Shown here in pieces: positions 36,701-44,220 of a DNA stretch of 64,000 bases. The stretch lies in NCBI GenBank assembly GCA_965223505.1, contig CBDCWP010000030.1:128001-192000 (forward strand), written 5' to 3'. Position 1 is the first letter of the stretch. The number at the start of each line of letters is the position of its first letter. A model generated the notes under the pieces. The model did no database searches. It saw only the letters and a list, made by a program, of their open reading frames with translations, and was not told where the DNA came from. This DNA is from Planctomycetota bacterium (GTDB lineage Bacteria > Planctomycetota > PLA2 > JAEUHO01). Made by a program: the position numbers and the translations under genes.

Positions 36701-37390
36701 GTCCCGATTGCGGCCTTCGCGGTCCGCCGCGTACGCGACACCGAGCGGAGACGTGTCGGCCCGCGGCTTCTCGCCCACAGGTGTCTCGGGTTCGCGCGTT
36801 TCGGTCGCGGGCGCCGGCTCTGACGCAGCGGACGCTTCGGATGTCTCGGCGGCCTGCGCCGCGTCCGCCTCGATGGTCCCGTCGATCACCGATTGCATGC
36901 TCGCTTCGAGCGGCGACGCGACGTTGGGTGACGACGGACCCGCTGCGTCGGCTGTCGCGGCCGGTGGCGTACTGCTCGTCGCAGACGGAACCGGCGGCGC
37001 ATCCGTGGGCGGCGGCGGCGTCGGCGGGGCGGCGGCAGGCGTCGCGGGTGTGGCAGCAGGAACCGATGGCGGCGCGGCAGGTGCCGGCGGCGGCGTTGCA
37101 GGCACAACGGCGACCGGCGGAGGCGGCGCAGCTGCCGGCGCGGGCGCCGCAGCGGTCGCCGTCAAGCCCACGCCGCATTGGGCACAGAACTTCGCGCCGG
37201 GTGCGCTGGGTGTCGCGCACTGCGGGCACGCCGTCGGCAGCTGCATCCCACACTGCGTGCAGTACTTCGTGCCGGCTGCGTAGGGGGAGGCGCACTGCAC
37301 GCAGACCGGAAGCTTGCACCCGCATTGCGCGCAGAATTTGGCGCCCGCCTCACACGCGGACGAGCAGCTCGGACAGGCCATCCCGGACAT
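33725..37390 (-). CDS. Zinc-ribbon protein with tandemly duplicated TPR modules (1221 aa)
   Basis: Six N-terminal CxxC; Pro/Ala linker; two homologous TPR blocks (VLAEALCDE, REARR, TRIGVLA..EGGI.RR.G). Confidence 0.8.
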   Translation of the reverse strand: MSGMACPSCSSACEAGAKFCAQCGCKLPVCVQCASPYAAGTKYCTQCGMQLPTACPQCATPSAPGAKFCAQCGVGLTATAAAPAPAAAPPPPVAVVPATPPPAPAAPPSVPAATPATPAAAPPTPPPPTDAPPVPSATSSTPPAATADAAGPSSPNVASPLEASMQSVIDGTIEADAAQAAETSEASAASEPAPATETREPETPVGEKPRADTSPLGVAYAADREGRNRDAIAEYEKLVEASKDGDDDESKETHFQALCGLARVHLQLTAYDKVQAYAETMTQVAATKAHEAEAERWTALSLERRGDKESAARHRRKAIEAAREVGSEGRQVLAEALCDEALALREAGEMDEAKERLREARRVARAKKKRTRIGVLADLIEGGIERREGRLSQAAALFTSAHTTAEILGYALETARSANALGNVHHELGAYDRAQRSFEDALEIGEELGSTEFIIGPSIGLASVATKTGDFEAARAYNEQALAEWEKAGDVAGMALATANLSQLSAETGAYDKAIEEANASLTLLEGGANENLRALVTVDLGNAQLASGDLDAARTTYESIPETFTGKPHMRAHGLATAGLGRICLEQKDAEAAKRLLVKAVDVLGDARAGADAAEARLDLARALYAAGDTEGATRALDRAREQLDRARSFKTDKAIAEVQALLGVEPAMVEEKAPDSEAPATETPATETESRPEAATEAAPDAVETQSAETETPAPAAESEEPAAAEEPTDDDVPGASETPVEGDAGPEAEPKTLVEVPPDATVDDGVKALYGGKHDEALAIFQQVIANTTGDDDQALEARATAYKGVAHVHYENANYEALKAWADTMLAESTCDVEKAEATRWLGVIADKQGDHAAAAAHFANAIKMARDAGAEGRAVLAEALCDEGQLHGDRGENKAARNRFREARRIVRAGGEPTRIGVLANIYEGGICRRQGELSKAIALFSEAKAGADELGIVDEQIRAAKGLGSSRLLAGDLERAKRAYESAIEVGEKAGSRRVVGIKVNLGLVLQSMGDLAMARVNFEQAAATWEKAGDRYSTAVAKCNLAELAIEEGDGADAVAYAQAALKLLEGGIHKSAAGHITAVLGDAQLVAGDPAAAKATYEGLLESFPEEKHPDAVGFAWRGLGRIALQASDFRSACDWLRKAVEKLADAKAEEGSAATRLELAQALAAANDPVGAKQELARARGQFELMKRERQLERVAELEAQLASPGVPPASG

Positions 37391-37580
37391 TCAGCAGAGT
37401 CCCCGCCAACGACGAGCCAGAAAGATAAGGGACGCTGCAAAGCGACGCGACGTCCACGAAACGCAACATGGTTGCAACGGCCTAACGAGTGCGAACGGGT
37501 GTTTGTAGGCCCTCGCGCGCGTTGCCCCCGGCACGCCTGTTCCTCTATGGTCCACGGTCCGGACACGGGGAACGCAGCAC

Positions 37581-38687
37581 ATGGAGAAGGCGCCCAGGCT
37601 CGCTCGAACCGCGCTGCTCGCGCTGTTCGCGCTCCCGTTGTCGGCGTGCGCCGTGCCGATCTACACGGCGCCGGTCGAGCGGGCGCGTCCCGCGCCTCCG
37701 CTGTACGCACAGCATCGGCTCGCACCCGATTGGACGACGCCGGCACGCCCCACATCACCATCGCGCGATGTTCGCGACGCGCCGCGAGCCGACTGGGAAA
37801 CGTCGACAGGGGCTTGGGACCTCACACGACCCGGCGCCGCCCCCGTTCGGTCGCCCGGCACGTCGCCCGGCCTGTTCGGTCTCGACATTCCCGTGCGCGG
37901 GAGCATCTCGTACTTGCACGAGGACATCGTCTCGGCCGGACTCTTCGTGAAGGCACTCGAAGGGCTCACCGTCGGCGCGGTCATGCAGAGCGCGGAGGAC
38001 GGCACCGAGACGGCGGTCTACGAGGATCAACTCCGACCCGACTTCACCAGCGAGCCGACACTCGTCGGCGTCCTGGACAACCGGCGAACACGGACGTCGT
38101 TCGGACCGCTCATCCAAGCGCGGATCGTGCGGGAGGACGATGGCCGCCCCTACGTCGGGCTCGGGGGCTATGCGCTCCTGTGGGGCGACGACAAGGCGGA
38201 AGAGGTGTACTCCGTCTACGCCGTCGCGTCGAAAGGCGTGTCGCAGCCGCTCGGACGCGAGCTGCGCTTCGACGTCGGTGTCGGCTACATGTGGCGCAAG
38301 GCGTGGCGCCCCGTCAGCGCCAGCTTCGCGGGCACGCGCGCATTCGCAGCGGACGTGCGCTTCGATTACGTCGACGACGACGGCTGGCAAGGGTGGGCCG
38401 GCGTGAGCCTCGAGCTCGTCGAGGACGTTTCGATCTTCGCACAGGTCGCATCGGTACCTCGCTGCACGGCGAGCTTCGTGATCGGCGTGCGCTGGTCGAC
38501 GCCACTGGGCATCGACATCAGCATCGGGCTGTACGAGTGCCTGGGCGAAGAGACGTCCGATCCGTTCTTCGCCATGCGGGACCCCTCGATTCCCACGCCG
38601 ATGGCGCCCGGCGGCGCGTCCGGTGCGTCGTACTCGCCGAGTGCCGGTGCCGGCGGCGCACAGCTGAGCCACCTCTGGGGCGACTGA
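37581..38687 (+). CDS. Lipoprotein with beta-barrel-like (YjbH-like) domain, paralogue B
   Basis: Lipobox LSAC; shares SFGP, VRE...P.(I/V)GL, GY.WR, DG..GW, FA.(I/V) and IG..W motifs with 32528-33712. Confidence 0.6.
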   Translation: MEKAPRLARTALLALFALPLSACAVPIYTAPVERARPAPPLYAQHRLAPDWTTPARPTSPSRDVRDAPRADWETSTGAWDLTRPGAAPVRSPGTSPGLFGLDIPVRGSISYLHEDIVSAGLFVKALEGLTVGAVMQSAEDGTETAVYEDQLRPDFTSEPTLVGVLDNRRTRTSFGPLIQARIVREDDGRPYVGLGGYALLWGDDKAEEVYSVYAVASKGVSQPLGRELRFDVGVGYMWRKAWRPVSASFAGTRAFAADVRFDYVDDDGWQGWAGVSLELVEDVSIFAQVASVPRCTASFVIGVRWSTPLGIDISIGLYECLGEETSDPFFAMRDPSIPTPMAPGGASGASYSPSAGAGGAQLSHLWGD

Positions 38688-38744
38688 CGCCTCGCACGCG
38701 GTAGTTCCGGGGCGCACGGGCGCCGCTTCGGGCATCATCGGCCC

Positions 38745-40070
38745 GTGCCCGAGACCCTCCCCACCACCGGCCGCGTCGCGCTCGTGTCGCTGGGCTGCGC
38801 CAAGAACCTCGTCGACAGTGAGCGGTTGGTGGGCGATCTGAACGCCGCGGGGTTCGAGCTCGCCGACACGCTCGACGGCGCCGACCTCGCGCTCGTCAAC
38901 ACGTGCGGCTTCATCGACCCCGCCAAGGAAGAGTCGATCGACACCATCCTGCGGGTCACGAACCACAAGGAGTTCGGGCGGCTGCGGGGCGTCATCGTCG
39001 CCGGTTGTCTCGTCGAGCGTTACGCGGAGCAGCTTCAGAACGACATCCCGGAGGTCGATCGCTGGTTGCCGTTCAACGACTACGGCCGCGTCGTCGAAGC
39101 CGCGCGCGACTTGATGGGCTTGCCGCAGGTGCGCGCACTCGCGCCGGAGCGCGTCCTGCTCACCCCCACCGCGTACGCGTACTTGAAGATCAGCGAAGGC
39201 TGCGATCAGAAGTGCACGTTCTGCGCGATCCCTTCGTTTCGGGGCCGGCTCGACAGCCGCTCGATCGAAGCCAACGTCGAGGACGCACGCCGCATCGCCG
39301 AGCGGGGCGTCGGCGAGATCAACATCGTCTCGCAAGACACGACCGCCTACGGCCGCGACCGCTACGGCAAGCCGCAGCTCGCGAAGCTGCTGCGGGAGCT
39401 GACGAAGATCGACGGGCCGAGCTGGTGGCGCGTGCTCTACCTCTACCCTTCGACGCTGCGCGACGACGTGCTCGACGAGATGGCCGAGAACGACCGCATC
39501 GCGAAGTACGTCGACATGCCGCTGCAGCACGTCAGCGACGACATGCTCCGTGCCATGCGCCGCGGCATCAACGGCGAGCGCCAGCGCGCCCTCCTCACGC
39601 GCATCCGTGAACGCATGCCCGACGCCGCCATTCGCACCACCCTGATCTCCGGTTTTCCCGGCGAGACGGATGCGGACCACCGCGAGCTGGTCGACTTCGT
39701 ACGCGAGGGATGGTTCGACCGGCTGGGCGTGTTCACGTTCAGCCGCGAGGACGGAACCCCGTCGTACGACATGCCCGGGCAGGTGCCGCCCGAGGTCATG
39801 GAGGCGCGCCGCGCCGAGCTCATGGAAGCCCAGCGCGAGGTGCACTTCGCACACAACCGCACCAAGGTCGGCTCCGTGGTCGACGTGCTGCTCGATACGG
39901 TCCAGCCGCTCGCGAAGCGGGCCGAAGGCCGCACCCAGCACGATGCGCCGGACGTCGACGGTACCGTCCGCATTCGCGGCATCGAGGACGGGCGGCCGGG
40001 CGCCGTGATTCCGGTGCACATCGAAGAAGCGGACGGCTACGACTTGGTCGGAACGCCCGCGGGCGCGTAA
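38745..40070 (+). CDS. rimO: Ribosomal protein S12 methylthiotransferase
   Basis: LGCAKNLVDSE, NTCGFI..AKEESI, AYLKISEGCDQKCTFCAIP, GFPGET, TRAM domain with DAPDVDG. Confidence 0.95.
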   Translation: MPETLPTTGRVALVSLGCAKNLVDSERLVGDLNAAGFELADTLDGADLALVNTCGFIDPAKEESIDTILRVTNHKEFGRLRGVIVAGCLVERYAEQLQNDIPEVDRWLPFNDYGRVVEAARDLMGLPQVRALAPERVLLTPTAYAYLKISEGCDQKCTFCAIPSFRGRLDSRSIEANVEDARRIAERGVGEINIVSQDTTAYGRDRYGKPQLAKLLRELTKIDGPSWWRVLYLYPSTLRDDVLDEMAENDRIAKYVDMPLQHVSDDMLRAMRRGINGERQRALLTRIRERMPDAAIRTTLISGFPGETDADHRELVDFVREGWFDRLGVFTFSREDGTPSYDMPGQVPPEVMEARRAELMEAQREVHFAHNRTKVGSVVDVLLDTVQPLAKRAEGRTQHDAPDVDGTVRIRGIEDGRPGAVIPVHIEEADGYDLVGTPAGA

Positions 40071-40071
40071 C

Positions 40072-40701
40072 GTGACCGCCATGGGCTGGGCCAATCGCGT
40101 CACGATCGGAAGGGGCATCGTCACGCTCGTCGTGTGGGTGCTCGTCGTGATCGGCACGTACAACCCGAGCAACACGCTTTGGTGGACGGCATTCGTGCTC
40201 TTCGTGCTCGCCGCCGCCACGGACAAGCTCGACGGCTACCTCGCGCGCCGACTGGGCGAGGTCACGGTCTTCGGCCGCATCGTCGACCCGCTCGTGGACA
40301 AGCTGCTCTCCATCGGCACGATGATTCTGCTGCTGGGCGTGCCTTCGGTGAGCGGCGTCCTGCCCGCGTGGGCCGTCACCTTGATGTTGGCGCGCGAGAT
40401 GCTGGTCACCGTCCTGCGCGCCGCCGTCGAAGCCAAGGGCATGAATTTCCAGGCCATGGCGTGGGGCAAGTACAAATTCACGATCCAGTGCTTCGCCGCA
40501 GGCGCCGTGCTCATTCACCCGTCGGGATGGTGGCTCGCCCACCTCGAGGTCGCGCCGCTCGCAGAGGTGCCGACGCTTCCGGGTGCGACGTGGGACGTCA
40601 CCCATCTGCTCGTTTGGTTCGCCACGGTGTTCACGGCGATGTCGGGCATCGTGTACACGCGCAAGGCGATCACGATGCTGCGGGGCGGCGGCGACGCGTG
40701 A
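40072..40701 (+). CDS. pgsA: CDP-diacylglycerol--glycerol-3-phosphate 3-phosphatidyltransferase
   Basis: ANRVT..R, TDKLDGYLARR....T.FG..VDP..DK, RE..VT.LR, WGKYK. Confidence 0.92.
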   Translation: MTAMGWANRVTIGRGIVTLVVWVLVVIGTYNPSNTLWWTAFVLFVLAAATDKLDGYLARRLGEVTVFGRIVDPLVDKLLSIGTMILLLGVPSVSGVLPAWAVTLMLAREMLVTVLRAAVEAKGMNFQAMAWGKYKFTIQCFAAGAVLIHPSGWWLAHLEVAPLAEVPTLPGATWDVTHLLVWFATVFTAMSGIVYTRKAITMLRGGGDA

Positions 40702-41222
40702 GCGCGACGCCGCCGAACGACGCGCCCCTCGGCCGCGGCGCGCGGATGATGCTCTCCTTCTTCGGGCTCGGGCTCTCGCCGGTCATGCCGGGCACCGTGG
40801 CGTCGCTGGCGACCGCCGCGCTCATCTGGTTGGCGTCGCAGGCCGACGATCCGGGCGTGGGACCGTTCGTCGGGATCGTGTTCGTACTGTTCGGCGTCAT
40901 CGCGACGATGAAGTGGGCCGATGCGGCCCGCGCCAAGGACGGCCGCAAGGACCCGGGCTGGGTCGTCTCGGACGAGGTCGCCGGACAGGCCCTGGCCAGC
41001 CTCGGCGCGTTCCCGCAAGCCGGCGGGACGCAGGGCGTGAGCGCAGCCGTGCTCGCTTTCGTCCTCTTCCGGGTCCTCGACATCACCAAGCCGCCGCCCA
41101 TCCGTCAGATGGAACGCATTCCCGGCGCGGCGGGCGTCCTCTGGGACGACGTCATGGCCGGCCTGCTCGTGCTCGTCGTCACCTACCTGCTCAATTTCGC
41201 GGGCGTGCTGCCCTCCTTCTGA
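40698..41222 (+). CDS. pgpA: Phosphatidylglycerophosphatase A
   Basis: GLSPVMPGTVAS, DPGWVVSDEVAG, FRVLDITKP.PI, DDVMAG; GTGA overlap with pgsA. Confidence 0.92.
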   Translation: MSATPPNDAPLGRGARMMLSFFGLGLSPVMPGTVASLATAALIWLASQADDPGVGPFVGIVFVLFGVIATMKWADAARAKDGRKDPGWVVSDEVAGQALASLGAFPQAGGTQGVSAAVLAFVLFRVLDITKPPPIRQMERIPGAAGVLWDDVMAGLLVLVVTYLLNFAGVLPSF

Positions 41223-41304
41223 CCGAGAACGTTGCGGGCCGCATAGTCGCAATCCGGCAGGGTCTCTATACTCGCGCGTTGCATCCCATTGAAAGGACGT
41301 CCCC

Positions 41305-43311
41305 ATGGCGAAGGCACCCAGGCGACGCTCGGGCGGAGGCGGTCGCCGTCGAAGCCAACGACCTGCGAAGCCGGTCCGTCCGGCGAAGCCCTCCGTTGCG
41401 AAACCGCAACCGCCCGCCGCAGCGCCGGTCGCCAAGCCGGCCCCCGCCCCGGTCGCGCGTCCCGCGGCGGCGCCCGCCCGTCCGGCGGCCGCAGCACCTG
41501 CCCGTGGTGGCCGCGGACGCATGTCCGAGGAAGAGCTGCCGCGCGCACCGCGCGAACGCCGCGTCGCGTCGAGCGGCGGCATGAGCATCGGCGCCAAGGT
41601 CGGTCTGTTGTGCGGGCTCGCCACGCTGGTGATGGTCGCGATCGTCGTCTTCGGCATGGGCGCCGTCGGCGGCGGCGGCACGGAGGCCGACCCTGCCCGC
41701 AAGCTCGGCACCCGGACGGTGGCCGTGCTCGGCGCGTTCGAGCCGGGGCTTTGGACCGGCAAGTCCACCAGCTCGAAAGACGGCATGAAGGCGCTGCGTC
41801 GCGACTTCAAGCGACTGTTCGGCGAAGAAGGCTTGATGTGGTGGGACGACAAGGTCGCCGAGATCACGAACATGTCCGTCGTCGACCAGATGGACGCCGA
41901 CGAGAAGCGTGAGCACATGGAGCGGCTCGACGAGTACAAGACCGCGGAAAAGACGATCAAGACCGGCGGCGCCTCCGGCAAGACCGACACGGGCTCGGCG
42001 ACGATGCGCCTCAACAAGGTCGTGGAGAGCGCGGGCATCGGCGATCACCGCCTGCTCGGCGCCTGGGTGACGAAGGGCCGTCTGGGCGCGAAGGGCGAGT
42101 GGCTCGCCGGGTCGCTCGAGGAAGCGGCGGTCAGCTACGATCCGACGAGCTTCGTGCTGGACGGCCGCATCGGCGAAACGCGCGGCAGCGTGCAGCGCCA
42201 AGGCGATACGTACGACGTGCGCATCTTCGCGACGCAGTCGGGGCTCACGGGATCCGTGACCAATTACGTTGCGGTCTGGTCCGACCCCGCGGCGGCGGGC
42301 GGCTCGAGCGGCTCGAACCCGCTCGGCATCGCCATGCTGCTCTTGGCGCCGTTGGTCGTCGGTGGCCTGGCCTTCGGCCTCGCCAACGGCCACGCGCAGG
42401 GCGTTCGATCGCTGACGCGCGAGATCGACCGCCTGGGCACGCACGGCGATCCGACCCGCAACCTGCACGGCCACGGCGCGGAAGCGTCGGGCCTGGCGCG
42501 CGCCGTCGAGCGCATGGTGGCGAACCTCGAGTTCCGCTCCAAGCACGACGACGCCGACATGGACGAGGTCGTTTCCAAGGAGCAGAAGGTCGCGCAAGAG
42601 ATCCATCACGCGCTGATGAGCAAGAACCCGCCGCGGCTCTCGAACTACGAGGTCGAGACGCTGTTCAAGCCGGGCTACGAGATCGGCGGTGATCACTTCG
42701 AGTACTTCGCCATCGACCAGAACCACCTGGGCGTGATCCTCCTGGACACGAACGTGCGCGGCATCCAGGCGGCGCTCGTGATGTCGGCTGCGAAGGCCTA
42801 CGTGCGCGCCGCCGCGCCCGGCAACCTGTCGCCCGCGGAGGTGCTGCGGATCGTCAACCGCAACCTCGCAGGGGACCTGCCGCGCGGCCGGCACGTGACG
42901 GCGCTCTACGCGGTCATCGACATCGCCCAAGGCAAGTGCACGATCGCGAGCGCGGGCCACTTGCCGCTCATCGTGTACCGCCACAGCGAAGGCAAGGTGT
43001 TCAAGGTCAACCCCGAGGGCCTGGCCATGGGTCTCGACAAGGGGCCGGTGTTCGACAAGTCGCTCGACGAGGGTGACATCCCGTTGGGGGTCGGCGACCG
43101 CATCGTGCTCTACACGGACGGCGCACTGAAGATCCAGAACGCCGACGGCGAGGAGTACGGCGAGGCGCGGTTCCACCAGGCGGTGTCCCAGAAGGCGCCC
43201 ATGAACTCGCAGGCGTTCGTCAACTTCGTCGGCAGCGGCATCGACCAGTTCCACTTGGACGCGCCGCAGAACGACGACATCACGATCTCGACGGTGAAGC
43301 GCCTCAAATAG
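41305..43311 (+). CDS. Membrane sensor with HAMP-like linker and SpoIIE/PP2C phosphatase domain
   Basis: Two TMs; IGGDHFE, ASAGH.P, GLAMG, GDRIVLYTDG, QNDDIT. Confidence 0.85.
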   Translation: MAKAPRRRSGGGGRRRSQRPAKPVRPAKPSVAKPQPPAAAPVAKPAPAPVARPAAAPARPAAAAPARGGRGRMSEEELPRAPRERRVASSGGMSIGAKVGLLCGLATLVMVAIVVFGMGAVGGGGTEADPARKLGTRTVAVLGAFEPGLWTGKSTSSKDGMKALRRDFKRLFGEEGLMWWDDKVAEITNMSVVDQMDADEKREHMERLDEYKTAEKTIKTGGASGKTDTGSATMRLNKVVESAGIGDHRLLGAWVTKGRLGAKGEWLAGSLEEAAVSYDPTSFVLDGRIGETRGSVQRQGDTYDVRIFATQSGLTGSVTNYVAVWSDPAAAGGSSGSNPLGIAMLLLAPLVVGGLAFGLANGHAQGVRSLTREIDRLGTHGDPTRNLHGHGAEASGLARAVERMVANLEFRSKHDDADMDEVVSKEQKVAQEIHHALMSKNPPRLSNYEVETLFKPGYEIGGDHFEYFAIDQNHLGVILLDTNVRGIQAALVMSAAKAYVRAAAPGNLSPAEVLRIVNRNLAGDLPRGRHVTALYAVIDIAQGKCTIASAGHLPLIVYRHSEGKVFKVNPEGLAMGLDKGPVFDKSLDEGDIPLGVGDRIVLYTDGALKIQNADGEEYGEARFHQAVSQKAPMNSQAFVNFVGSGIDQFHLDAPQNDDITISTVKRLK

Positions 43312-43387
43312 GCGCCGTGACATCCACGAGACAAAACACCCGGCTTCGGGCCCACTTTGTGTCCCGGCGCAGGGACCGGAGCCCGCG

Positions 43388-43720
43388 ATGAACGAAAGCG
43401 ACGAGGTGCCGCCCCCCCACCACACGCTCGGCGGCTTCCAGCGGCTCATCGACGCGACCTACGGCGAGCGGGACGCGACGCGCGGCGTCGAGAGCACGTT
43501 CATGTGGTTCACCGAGGAGGTCGGCGAGCTCGCGCGGGCGCTGCGAGCCAACGACCCCGGCAATCTGCGCGAGGAGTTCGCGGACGTGCTGGCCTGGCTG
43601 ACCACCCTGGCCTCCCTGTCGGGCGTCGAGATGGAGGACGCGGCGGCTCGCTACGCCGGGGGCTGCCCGCGCTGCGAACAGGTTCCGTGCCGCTGCAGCC
43701 GGGGGCCGACGAGATCTTGA
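43388..43720 (+). CDS. MazG-like nucleotide pyrophosphohydrolase
   Basis: WFTEEVGELA...EEFADVLAWL.TLA, C-terminal CPRC...C.C. Confidence 0.85.
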   Translation: MNESDEVPPPHHTLGGFQRLIDATYGERDATRGVESTFMWFTEEVGELARALRANDPGNLREEFADVLAWLTTLASLSGVEMEDAAARYAGGCPRCEQVPCRCSRGPTRS

Positions 43721-43888
43721 TCGTCGTAAAGACCTTAGAATAAATGTCTTACGGAATAGTGCCTTTTTTTGATGCTGATCCTGTGGCCATACTGTGCGTC
43801 ACAAGGTAATGTACCGCTGTCTGCTTGAGGGTTAGGCATCTTTCCCCCCTGGATGCCTCGGGTTCTCGAGTCAGAGGAAAACGGGTGA

Positions 43889-43926
43889 CGGCCCCCCGGC
43901 GGCGCGCCGGGGGGCCGGTTTTCTTT
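43889..43926 (+). terminator. Intrinsic terminator: 12-bp GC stem followed by GTTTTCTTT
   Basis: CGGCCCCCCGGC-ggcgc-GCCGGGGGGCCG-gttttcttt. Confidence 0.75.
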
Positions 43927-44220
43927 CCCCCGCGGGTGGCCGAGAACGGCCCCGGAGACGGCCTCGAACCGGCCTGCGAACCGGACCCGAAGATTCGGAA
44001 GCACTCTGCGTGCGTGCTACATTTCGCCGCACCAGGGCAGGGCTCGCTGGAACGGTGCCGGGGAGGCGCGGCGCGAGCCGGAGGCTCCGACCCCATCGAA
44101 GTCGTCGCGCGGGCAGCGAAACCGGCGGTCGTCCGTCCTCGCGTTTCGTGCCGGCGTGACCGATTCCATGGGGTGCGGGGCCCCTACCGGCCCTCGTCTG
44201 GGTACGTAGGAGACTCCGGG

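Noticed and set aside
41305..43311. Inactive pseudo-phosphatase because DVSGHG is replaced by DTNVRG
   Set aside because: The metal-binding Asp positions (GGD, LLD, TDG, DD) remain, so inactivity cannot be claimed.
43930..44220. Known riboswitch (c-di-GMP, c-di-AMP, cobalamin) in the leader of the DUF11 gene
   Set aside because: I could not match the conserved cores by eye; an Rfam scan would be needed.
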